This document shows positions 28,726 to 37,488 of a stretch of 64,000 nt of DNA, piece after piece. Numbering within the stretch: the stretch's first letter is position 1; every line of letters starts with the position of its first letter. The stretch spans positions 1,223 through 65,222 of the IMG/VR virus record IMGVR_UViG_3300013113_000816, one strand, 5' to 3'. The notes under the pieces are model-generated. The model made no database searches. It was not told the DNA's origin and saw only the letters and a list, made by a program, of their open reading frames with translations. The DNA comes from a virus (lineage: Duplodnaviria > Caudoviricetes). The translations under genes were made by a program, and so were the position numbers.

Positions 28726-29652
28726 ATGATAAACGAACTATTAGTTAACCTAGTTGACTCTGTTTTAGGTGTTGGTAAAAGAACATCAAGAGGTAATCAA
28801 GCTTACCATTGCCCCTTCTGTAACCATTCTAAACCAAAACTAGAAATTAACTTTACTAAAAACAAAAAAGGTTATAACCCATGGCATTGTTGGGTGTGTA
28901 ATACTAAGGGAAAAACAGTAAAAACTCTATTCAATAAGGTAAAGGCATCCCCCGAAAAATTTCAAGAATTATTCAAATTAGTTAAAACAAAAGATGCTGT
29001 AGAAGAAGTAATAGAATCTAAAGATGTTAAATTACCTGATAATTTTAAAACTATCATAGGAAATAAAGACCTTACTGCTAAACAAGCATACAAATATTTA
29101 AGGAAAAGAAATTTAACTGATGATGATATTTTAAAATATAATATAGGTTATTGTGATTATGGTAAATATAGAAATATGATAATTATACCTTCCTATGATT
29201 GTAATGGTAAATTAAATTATTTTGTTTCACGTTCATTTGAAAAGGATGCCTTTATAAAATATAGGAATCCTGATTGTTCAAGAGATATAATCCCATTTGA
29301 ATTATTTATAAATTTTGATTTACCCTTAATATTATGTGAGGGTGCATTTGATGCAATTGCAATTAAAAGAAATGCTATACCATTATTAGGTAAAAATATC
29401 CAATCTAATTTACTTAAAAAGATAGTTAAATCAACAGTAGAAAAAATTTACATAGCTCTAGATACAGACGCTATTAAACAGGCTTTAAAACATTGTGAAT
29501 ATTTAATAAACCAAGGTAAAGAAGTATACCTTGTTGAATTAGAAGGAAAAGATCCAAGTGAGATGGGATTTAAAAATTTCACCAAACTAATTCAAAATAC
29601 TTTACCATTGGATGAATATCAACTAATGGAAAAGAAACTTTCATTAATATGA
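28726..29652 (+). CDS. DNA primase (Zn finger plus TOPRIM)
   Basis: CPFC..H..CWVC, LCEGAFDA, IALDTDA, KDPSEMG; the ATG at 28726 after a promoter-like CGTATATTTA is preferred over the TTG at 28690. Confidence 0.85.
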   Translation: MINELLVNLVDSVLGVGKRTSRGNQAYHCPFCNHSKPKLEINFTKNKKGYNPWHCWVCNTKGKTVKTLFNKVKASPEKFQELFKLVKTKDAVEEVIESKDVKLPDNFKTIIGNKDLTAKQAYKYLRKRNLTDDDILKYNIGYCDYGKYRNMIIIPSYDCNGKLNYFVSRSFEKDAFIKYRNPDCSRDIIPFELFINFDLPLILCEGAFDAIAIKRNAIPLLGKNIQSNLLKKIVKSTVEKIYIALDTDAIKQALKHCEYLINQGKEVYLVELEGKDPSEMGFKNFTKLIQNTLPLDEYQLMEKKLSLI

Positions 29653-30410
29653 AAACCAAAAAGAAGTATAATAGGATATTACAAATATCTGACGATGCAC
29701 AACAAATAACTCTCCCTGATGCTAGGTATTATAAGCGAAATGGGGAATATTACCCTTCAATAACTTACGTTTTAAGTTGTTACCCAAAAGGAAAACATTT
29801 TCAAGATTGGCTCAAAAAAGTAGGATACTCAGCTGATTACATAGTTAAAAAAGCAGGTGAGGATGGGACTTTAGTTCATGAAATGATAGAAGATTATTTA
29901 AATGGGAAAGAATTAAATTTTATGGAAAATGGAATCCCAATGTACGATCCTAATATTTGGCAAGGATTCCTAAGATTTGTAGAATGGTGGGAAACCTATA
30001 AACCCACACTATTAGAAACCGAAGTTCATTTATTTTCAGACAAAATTAAAGTAGCAGGTACCTGTGATTTGGTTTGTGAGATTGATGGTGAAGTTTGGGT
30101 TATAGATTTTAAATTTTCAAATAACCTACAAACGACTTATGAATTACAAACAGCAATTTATTCTGAATGTTATTCTGAATGTTTTGGTAAAATGCCTGAT
30201 AGACAAGGTATTTTATGGTTAAAATCATCAAAGCGTGGTCCTAAAGAAGGTAAAATACAAGGTAAAGGATGGGAACTTTTTGAATCAAAACGCACACATG
30301 AAGAAAATTTAGACATATTTAAAACTGTTAAAAAATTATTTGATTTAGAAAACCCAAAACATAAACCAACCTTTACTGAATTTAAAACTAAAGTTAAGAG
30401 AGAAATATAG
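29649..30410 (+). CDS. PD-(D/E)XK exonuclease
   Basis: YPSIT, GTLVH, E..L..AGTCDL..IDFK, LQTAIY. Confidence 0.8.
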   Translation: MKTKKKYNRILQISDDAQQITLPDARYYKRNGEYYPSITYVLSCYPKGKHFQDWLKKVGYSADYIVKKAGEDGTLVHEMIEDYLNGKELNFMENGIPMYDPNIWQGFLRFVEWWETYKPTLLETEVHLFSDKIKVAGTCDLVCEIDGEVWVIDFKFSNNLQTTYELQTAIYSECYSECFGKMPDRQGILWLKSSKRGPKEGKIQGKGWELFESKRTHEENLDIFKTVKKLFDLENPKHKPTFTEFKTKVKREI

Positions 30411-30421
30411 TATTTATAACT

Positions 30422-31216
30422 ATGATAAAATTAAGAGATTTGCTTTTAGAAGTACAAGGTAAACCCAAAGCCCTTATCTTAGCTGGAGCTCCTGGAGCGG
30501 GTAAAGGGTATATTTTAAGGGGTTTAGATTTAGGAGGATTAAAAACCTTTAATATAGATGATACCTTCATAGATTTATTAAGACAATCAAATGTATCATT
30601 AGATTTAAAATCCCATGGACCTGAAGAAAGAAGTGCTGCTGCTAAAGCAATGGCTGTTGCTTCTCGAAAACATAAAAAAGAATTAATCCCAAATGCAATA
30701 GCAAATCAAGAACCATTTATTTTAGATGGAACAGCAGCTTCACAAAAAAACACTTTAAAATTAAAGGGCGAATTAGAAGCAGCAGGTTATGATGTTTTTA
30801 TGTTGTATGTTTATACTGATTTAGAAAGATCTTTAAAACAAAATCAGAATAGATTTGAAAAATCAGGTGGTAAAGATAGGAGTTTACAACCCGCAATTGT
30901 AATGTCTACATGGAATTCAGTTACTAAAAATTTCGAACCTTATCAACAAGCATTTGGTAAAAATTTCGTCTCAGTAGCCAATACAGGAGAGGCAATGACT
31001 GACTTAGAACAAATAATAACAAAGTATTTAGACCCATTTAAACCACAAAATACTAAACCTAAAACAGAAAAAGAAAAAATACGTTCAAGAGCTAAAAAAG
31101 AAGAAACAAACAAACAAATACAAGATTTATTAAATTCAAACCACTTACAGAATATAATCAAGTCATCAGTATCAAAAGACGAAGCTCAAACACAAATATC
31201 TAACTTTTTAAAATGA
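30422..31216 (+). CDS. P-loop kinase (AAA_33 / zeta / PNK-like) with MIKLRDLLLE leader
   Basis: Walker A GAPGAGKG, NIDD, ILDGT, lid-like ERSLKQNQNR. Confidence 0.75.
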   Translation: MIKLRDLLLEVQGKPKALILAGAPGAGKGYILRGLDLGGLKTFNIDDTFIDLLRQSNVSLDLKSHGPEERSAAAKAMAVASRKHKKELIPNAIANQEPFILDGTAASQKNTLKLKGELEAAGYDVFMLYVYTDLERSLKQNQNRFEKSGGKDRSLQPAIVMSTWNSVTKNFEPYQQAFGKNFVSVANTGEAMTDLEQIITKYLDPFKPQNTKPKTEKEKIRSRAKKEETNKQIQDLLNSNHLQNIIKSSVSKDEAQTQISNFLK

Positions 31217-34200
31217 ACGGACTAAGTGAATTTTTAATAGACAGTATGGTTAAAGAACAAACCACTGCTTTATTTGGTGGGGGTTTTAAACCACCTACTA
31301 AGGGGCATTTAGAAGTTGTCTTACAAGGTTTAAGTGAAAATCCTAAAGTAAATAAGCTTATTATAGCTGTAGGTAAAAAAAATAGAGGGGGAGTAACCCA
31401 AGACCAATCAGTTCAAATATGGGAAGTTTATAAAAGACTTATACCTGTTGAAACTGAAATCATTCCTGTAATATCACCATTTAATTTTTATAAAAAATTC
31501 CTAAAAGAAAATAAAGAAGATAATGTTTATGTTTTTATAGGTGCAAGAAAAAATAATAAAAAAGATATTATTGATATAAAGGAAAGATCCAAATTTGTAA
31601 AAAGATATAGTGATAATGTAATCCCAAAAGGAGTATTAACTGAAAACATTGATAGTGGTACTAATTCAAGAAAACTATTTAAAGAAAATTTAGAAAAATT
31701 TTATGATACTTTACCAATAGATTTAACTGAAGATGAAAAATTCCAAGTCCATCTTATTTTAGAAGGTGAGAAATTACAAAAGTATGTAGATAAAGTTAAA
31801 GGGGGTTTTAAAAAATTTATCCAATCTTTAAAACAAGAAAAACAAGAAACTAAAGATGCCTTTAAATTATTAGTCCAATCTGTAAAAGGTAAAAAACAAT
31901 TATCTAAAGAAGAAAAAAAAGAAATAGGTAATCAAATGAAAGATGTTCTTAAAGTAGCAGGGTTTACAGCTGCTTCTGTATTACCTGGAGGGGTTATATA
32001 CTTAATGTTATCAAGAATACCTGCCTTAAAAAAATCATTAACACCTTCTGCTTTTATAAATGAAGCTTCTGAAGATAAAATTTTATATGCTTTTGATTTA
32101 GATGACACTTTAATCACTTCAAAATCAAATGTTATAGTTACTAACCCTGAACAAGGAACATTTAAATTAACACCTGCTGAATATGCCTTATATGAACCAG
32201 GACCAAATGATGAATTAGATTTTTCAGAATTTAAATATTTAAAAAGTCCAAAAGTAATTAAAGACAATTTTGAATTATTTTCCAAAATATTAGAAAAATC
32301 ATCCCAATTATCAGGTGCCAAAACAATTATATTAACCGCTAGACAACCTGAAGTAGCTACTGATGTAGAGGCATTTCTAGAAAAAAAGAATTTACCTCAA
32401 ATAACTTTACATGCTGTAGGTAGTTCTGACCCAAATGAAAAATTAGAAGTAATAAAAGATTACATTAATCAAGGATTTAATAAAATTAGATTTTATGATG
32501 ATTCTCCTAAAAATGTAGAATCTATAAGATCTATAGATATACCTGGAGTGGATGTTATTTCTAAATTAGTTAAACATGGTCCATTAGGTGAAGTTTTATT
32601 AAGAGAAGCAATGGTAAATGAAGAAAAATTAGATCTTAATTTACCTGAAGATATTCTTCATCTTTATAGAGCATTTATAAAAAATGGGAAAAAATTATAT
32701 GTTGTTGGAGGTGCAGTAAGAGATGCTCTTTTAGGTAAGGACCCTAAAGATTATGACTTAGCTACAGATGCAACTCCAGATGAAGTACTAGCAATAGCTG
32801 AAAAAGAAGGATTAAAAACTTTAGAAATAGGAAAACAATTTGGTGTTGTAATGGTAAATGGTCATGAAATAGCTACTTTTAGAAAAGATATAGGCAAAGG
32901 TAGAAGACCAGATTCAGTAGAATACACTGATATTGAAGGTGATGTTAATAGAAGAGATTTAACTATTAATGCCTTATTTTATGATATAGATAAGGGTGAA
33001 GTAGTTGATTTAGTAGGTGGGGTTCAAGATTTAAAAGATAGAAAAATTAGAACTGTAGGTAAAGCTTCTGAGCGATTTGAAGAAGATGCCTTACGTAAAT
33101 TAAGAGCATTAAGATTTCATGGTCAAACAGGAGGAGAATTAGGTAAAGAAACATTACAAGCTTTAAAAGATAACCCATCACTTGAAGGTGTAAGTGGAGA
33201 AAGAATTAGAGATGAATTCCTTAAAGGACTCAAAAAAGCTATATCAACTAAAAAATATTTAGAAACAGCAGATGGATTGGGTTATTTAAATCAAATCCTT
33301 CCTAATTTAACAATTACAACACCTTACATAGATGAGGAAGATTATATTGTTTTACTTGCTTACCTTTTAAAACAAAATTCACCATCTCAAATTGTTAAAC
33401 AATTAAATCAATTAAAATACTCTGGGGAAGAAGCTAAACAAATCAGTTTCTTAGCTTCATTAGCTAATTTTACCCCAAATCAAATACAATCATATAAAAA
33501 ATTCCAAAAAATATCAGGTGTAACTGATGAACAAATAAATAAAATAGGAAATTTAGTAGGTAAAGATTTTACTAAATTTTTAAATTTTGAATTAAGTGTA
33601 AGGGGCAATGAGGCACCCTCAGGTTTAAAAGGACCAGAAATAGGAGATTGGGTAAATAAACAAGAAATTTCAAATTATCAATCATTAAATGAGGATAATG
33701 ACCCATTCGGTTTGGTGCGATTAGTAAATGAAGTAATAGGAGAGGATGAGTTTGATTATACCCCACATATAGATTCTTTAAATGGTTATATGGAAGATAA
33801 GGGAATGAATGTAACTCCTCTACCTAGTTTAGTATTTATACATGACGATGTAGATAACGCGCAAGATGTTATGGGCAAAACAGCGTTTTACAACCCAAAT
33901 AAACGCGAAATAGTTTTATACACGTTATACCGCCACCCCAAAGATGTTCTGCGTTCATATGCGCATGAGATGATTCACCATATCCAAAACTTAGAAGATA
34001 GATTAGGTAACATAACTACAACAGATACAAGAGAAGATGACCATTTAACAGATATAGAAAGGGAAGCCTATACAGATGGAAATCTTGCATTTAGAAAATG
34101 GACAGAAACATTAACTGAGAGTCAAAAGTCTACTCTATCTCTTAAAGATAGTTTTGAACCACAAAAAGAAAATTATAAATTTGATTGCAACTGTGGTTGA
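31213..34200 (+). CDS. multidomain protein: cytidylyltransferase-like, LETM1-like, HAD, class II tRNA nucleotidyltransferase and HExxH peptidase-like domains
   Basis: FGGGFKPPTKGH; KDVLK..VLPGG; FDLDDTL..LTAR..FYDDS; VGGAVRD..DYDLATD..RRDLTINAL..EDALR..SGERIRDE; AHEMIHH..EREAY. Confidence 0.85.
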   Translation: MNGLSEFLIDSMVKEQTTALFGGGFKPPTKGHLEVVLQGLSENPKVNKLIIAVGKKNRGGVTQDQSVQIWEVYKRLIPVETEIIPVISPFNFYKKFLKENKEDNVYVFIGARKNNKKDIIDIKERSKFVKRYSDNVIPKGVLTENIDSGTNSRKLFKENLEKFYDTLPIDLTEDEKFQVHLILEGEKLQKYVDKVKGGFKKFIQSLKQEKQETKDAFKLLVQSVKGKKQLSKEEKKEIGNQMKDVLKVAGFTAASVLPGGVIYLMLSRIPALKKSLTPSAFINEASEDKILYAFDLDDTLITSKSNVIVTNPEQGTFKLTPAEYALYEPGPNDELDFSEFKYLKSPKVIKDNFELFSKILEKSSQLSGAKTIILTARQPEVATDVEAFLEKKNLPQITLHAVGSSDPNEKLEVIKDYINQGFNKIRFYDDSPKNVESIRSIDIPGVDVISKLVKHGPLGEVLLREAMVNEEKLDLNLPEDILHLYRAFIKNGKKLYVVGGAVRDALLGKDPKDYDLATDATPDEVLAIAEKEGLKTLEIGKQFGVVMVNGHEIATFRKDIGKGRRPDSVEYTDIEGDVNRRDLTINALFYDIDKGEVVDLVGGVQDLKDRKIRTVGKASERFEEDALRKLRALRFHGQTGGELGKETLQALKDNPSLEGVSGERIRDEFLKGLKKAISTKKYLETADGLGYLNQILPNLTITTPYIDEEDYIVLLAYLLKQNSPSQIVKQLNQLKYSGEEAKQISFLASLANFTPNQIQSYKKFQKISGVTDEQINKIGNLVGKDFTKFLNFELSVRGNEAPSGLKGPEIGDWVNKQEISNYQSLNEDNDPFGLVRLVNEVIGEDEFDYTPHIDSLNGYMEDKGMNVTPLPSLVFIHDDVDNAQDVMGKTAFYNPNKREIVLYTLYRHPKDVLRSYAHEMIHHIQNLEDRLGNITTTDTREDDHLTDIEREAYTDGNLAFRKWTETLTESQKSTLSLKDSFEPQKENYKFDCNCG

Positions 34201-34717
34201 TTTAACAGAGATATATCAAGAAATTTTAGAAGAAGTTCCAACCCAATATAAGTTATATTGTGACATGGATGGTGTGTTGTGTGATTTTGATGAAAGATTT
34301 AAAAAATATTCTAATGGAATGCCACCTAGAGAATATGAACGAAAATATGGAAAAGAAAAATTTTGGGACTTAATAGATGTCCAAACAGGTTTAAAATTTT
34401 GGGTTGGTATGCCTTGGATGCCTGATGGAAAAGAGTTATGGGATTATATTAAACCTTATAATCCTACTTTACTTTCAGCTCCATCATATAATAACAACTC
34501 TCGTTTAGGAAAACGACTATGGGTTAGAAATAACATACCAGGAACAAAGTTGATTTTGGCTAGTAGAGCTAATAAAGTAAACTATTCAAATGAAAACTCA
34601 ATACTTATTGATGATATGCCCCGAACCATTGAAGAATGGGAGAGTGGGGGAGGTATAGGAATCCTGCATACCTCGGCTGCTTCTACTATAGAGCAACTAA
34701 AACAGCTGGGATTATAA
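34193..34717 (+). CDS. 5'(3')-deoxyribonucleotidase-like HAD phosphatase
   Basis: YCDMDGVLCDF, LLSAP, LIDD; GTG start at 34193 preferred (MVDLTEIYQEILEE). Confidence 0.8.
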   Translation: MVDLTEIYQEILEEVPTQYKLYCDMDGVLCDFDERFKKYSNGMPPREYERKYGKEKFWDLIDVQTGLKFWVGMPWMPDGKELWDYIKPYNPTLLSAPSYNNNSRLGKRLWVRNNIPGTKLILASRANKVNYSNENSILIDDMPRTIEEWESGGGIGILHTSAASTIEQLKQLGL

Positions 34718-34737
34718 TATTAATTAAAATCTAAATT

Positions 34738-34893
34738 ATGGAAAATTTAAAGATGATTATTAATTCCTCATGGTTCAGAGCTGCATTAGCAGGTGGTTGT
34801 GCTGTCGCACTATTTACGACAGGCAACATCCTTTATGCAGGTATAGCTATAGGAATTGGTGTAAGAGAGTTATTACTGGCTTTTAAAAGTTAA
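34738..34893 (+). CDS. 51-aa membrane protein
   Basis: Manual translation MENLKMIINSSWFRAALAGGCAVALFTTGNILYAGIAIGIGVRELLLAFKS. Confidence 0.65.
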   Translation: MENLKMIINSSWFRAALAGGCAVALFTTGNILYAGIAIGIGVRELLLAFKS

Positions 34894-34951
34894 AATAAGT
34901 TTATATAAGAAGTTATATTAACTTAATTATTAACAAGAAAAAACAGAAATC

Positions 34952-35179
34952 ATGAAAGAAGTAATGGACAAAATTACATCAACGTTAGGTTGGTTAACAA
35001 CAATTATGTTATCATTTGTATCCTTAAGCATATTAGCTGAGGTTATTTTTGGTCACGACATATTTGGAACAAACGTAGTAGCTAATATCATGGAGATTAT
35101 TAAATCTCTAGGTGATGGTGGGTTTGTAGGGTTAATCGCCTTAATTATCTTGATTCAATTATTCCACAAAAAAGGATAA
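34952..35179 (+). CDS. small two-TM membrane protein (holin candidate)
   Basis: Two hydrophobic segments; GFVGLIALIIL. Confidence 0.6.
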   Translation: MKEVMDKITSTLGWLTTIMLSFVSLSILAEVIFGHDIFGTNVVANIMEIIKSLGDGGFVGLIALIILIQLFHKKG

Positions 35180-35195
35180 TTTAATTTAAGTAACA

Positions 35196-35333
35196 ATGGC
35201 AAAAGGTATTAATTTACTTAGTTACCGAAAAAAACAAAAGAGGAAAAGACCTGGAGTTCACGCTAAAACAAAAACTTCAAGGTCTAAATCCTCTTTGTTT
35301 TATAAAAAAAAATATAGAGGTCAAGGAAAATGA
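35196..35333 (+). CDS. 45-aa basic protein ending YRGQGK
   Basis: Manual translation MAKGINLLSYRKKQKRKRPGVHAKTKTSRSKSSLFYKKKYRGQGK; ATGA-coupled to the next gene. Confidence 0.7.
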   Translation: MAKGINLLSYRKKQKRKRPGVHAKTKTSRSKSSLFYKKKYRGQGK

Positions 35334-35902
35334 AGGATAACATATTAAAAAAAGAATTTAATAAAAAAGATGTTACGCGTCTGAGAAACCTAGTTAAAGG
35401 AAAAAGTTCTGAACGTACCGGACAGGGTATAGGTTACACTAAAAAGGAAGAATTTCATAAAGAAGGAGATATTTGGGAAGAAAATGGTAGAAAATGGACA
35501 ATTAAGGATGGTATAAAAGAAAATATCACTAAGTTAGACAAATATAAAAAAGCTAATGTTCCCTTATTCTGCCCATCCTGTAATCAGGTAATGAATAAAC
35601 AATTAGATTCTAACTACTATAGAGCTCATGGTCAATGTTTAAATTGTACTACCAAATTTGAAACAGAATTAAAATTAAATGGTACTTGGGAAGAACATAA
35701 AAATTCTACCCATAATAAAGAAATTGATAAATTAATAGAAGAATATAAAGCTTTCATGAAGGAAAAATTAAATGAAAGTAATGATGGGTTTATAACAGAG
35801 TCCGGTGAAGTTGAAAAATGGGTAGGTGGAATTAATAAGGACCGAGCTGAAGAAGCTTTAAAGGAAGGAATTGAATATTTAAAATCATTAAAAAAGCAAT
35901 GA
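35330..35902 (+). CDS. Zn-ribbon protein
   Basis: CPSC..CLNC. Confidence 0.7.
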   Translation: MKDNILKKEFNKKDVTRLRNLVKGKSSERTGQGIGYTKKEEFHKEGDIWEENGRKWTIKDGIKENITKLDKYKKANVPLFCPSCNQVMNKQLDSNYYRAHGQCLNCTTKFETELKLNGTWEEHKNSTHNKEIDKLIEEYKAFMKEKLNESNDGFITESGEVEKWVGGINKDRAEEALKEGIEYLKSLKKQ

Positions 35903-35983
35903 AATATGTTTTTTCTATTACTTTCCCATACCCTATTTATATTTATAAATAAGACATTATAATACAATAAAAAACAAATTAAT

Positions 35984-36319
35984 ATGGATGATGCATCTAT
36001 AATCACTATTCTAACAGCATTAGTTGCTGCTTTAGGAATTAAAGAAATTTGGAACATTTGGAAGAAAAAAATCGACAATTCCCACAAAAAATCCATGCAA
36101 AAACAAAAATCTCTAGACACACTCTCAGCTCAAGTTATTGAAGAATTAAAAATCAAAATTGGCGAACTTGAAGAAAAAATAGATGATTTAATTGAGAAAA
36201 ATAAACAATGTGCTATTAAGTTAGCCCGATTAGAAGAAAGATTAACATTGTCTGCAAAAAAAAACGCGGGGAGAAAAAAAACTAGAACAGAAAACGGAAC
36301 TAAAAAAATTAAAAAATAA
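35984..36319 (+). CDS. TM plus coiled-coil protein (holin-like candidate)
   Basis: N-terminal TM, coiled coil and basic tail. Confidence 0.65.
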   Translation: MDDASIITILTALVAALGIKEIWNIWKKKIDNSHKKSMQKQKSLDTLSAQVIEELKIKIGELEEKIDDLIEKNKQCAIKLARLEERLTLSAKKNAGRKKTRTENGTKKIKK

Positions 36320-36630
36320 TGGATAATTTTGATACACATAAGTGGTTTAAAAAACAGTATTTAGAAGAAGCTAATATTAATGAAGGTAAAGAACATTCTT
36401 CAACTGTTGAAGCTCATGAATTATTAGAAATGATTAAGGATGGATTAGATGACTTACAACCTGGTAATGATTTAATTATAAGAGTTAATATTAATGATGA
36501 AGGTGATGATGTTGCTGATTTGTACCTAAATCACTTATATGATGTAGAATTTGAAACTTTAGGAAATGATACCACCAACCCAGATGAAGACGTTAATTGG
36601 ATGAGGGAAGGTAAAATGAAAAAAAAATAA
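36319..36630 (+). CDS. acidic protein with MDNFD leader
   Basis: MDNFDTHKWFKKQYLEEANINE. Confidence 0.7.
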   Translation: MDNFDTHKWFKKQYLEEANINEGKEHSSTVEAHELLEMIKDGLDDLQPGNDLIIRVNINDEGDDVADLYLNHLYDVEFETLGNDTTNPDEDVNWMREGKMKKK

Positions 36631-36689
36631 ATCCAAATATAAACAATAACAAACAACCACATATTTATCATATATAATAAACAATTAAA

Positions 36690-37295
36690 ATGGAAAACAA
36701 AGAATTTAATTTAAGAAACTATCTTTATAAAAACCCTTTATTAGAAAAAGAAGATACTAAAAAAGGAAATGAAGAAGAACAAGAGCATGAAGAAGGAGCT
36801 ATTAGAGATGATAGAGACCATATTGATGCTTTAGATGCTGATGCTGAAGCAGACGAAAAAAAGCTGAAAAAACTTAAAAAGGATAAAAAAGAAGATGTTA
36901 AAGAATCTGCTTTAAGAAAAGCAATCCAAAATGAAATCTTTTCCATTTTAAAAGAAGCTGAAGAAGAAGATGTTGACGTAGACAAAGAAGTTGATGTTGA
37001 TGTTGAAGATACTGAAGAAGTAGATGTAGATGTGGATAGAGAAGTTGATATAGATGATGAATCTGCTGAGTCTGAAATTGAAGTTGATTCTGAACTAGCG
37101 GGTGAAGACGCTGATGTTGCTGCTGTTTTAGGTCTATTAACTAAAGCCCAAGAAGAAGCAGAAGCATTAGGTGATGAAAAATTACTTGATCAGATTGGGA
37201 ATACAATTACTTACTACACTAGAGCTCATGTTGTTAAATCAACTGAAACTAGAGCAGTAGCAGAAAATAAAAGGTTTACAAGAAGAAGAAAATAA
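36690..37295 (+). CDS. acidic putative internal/core protein carrying both leader types
   Basis: EFNLRNYLYKNPLLE and internal ESALRKAIQNEIFSILKE. Confidence 0.75.
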   Translation: MENKEFNLRNYLYKNPLLEKEDTKKGNEEEQEHEEGAIRDDRDHIDALDADAEADEKKLKKLKKDKKEDVKESALRKAIQNEIFSILKEAEEEDVDVDKEVDVDVEDTEEVDVDVDREVDIDDESAESEIEVDSELAGEDADVAAVLGLLTKAQEEAEALGDEKLLDQIGNTITYYTRAHVVKSTETRAVAENKRFTRRRK

Positions 37296-37313
37296 TATCA
37301 AACAAAATACGTT

Positions 37314-37484
37314 ATGAACACAAATGAAATTTATATGCAAATGGCCGAGTTATGGACTGAATTCTCAACTGAGCATTCAAAAACTAGTAAAGCAGCTCAC
37401 GGTCGAGCAAGAAGTGCTGCTACTAAAATAAAAAAATTAATTGCTGAGTATAAAAGAACCTCAGTAGCTGAAGACAAAGCATAA
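37314..37484 (+). CDS. histone H1-like (Hc1-type) small protein
   Basis: Manual translation ..TSKAAHGRARSAATKIKKLIAEYKRTSVAEDKA resembles the KAAxxRARK..K..R..S core of Hc1-like proteins. Confidence 0.65.
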   Translation: MNTNEIYMQMAELWTEFSTEHSKTSKAAHGRARSAATKIKKLIAEYKRTSVAEDKA

Positions 37485-37488
37485 TGAA

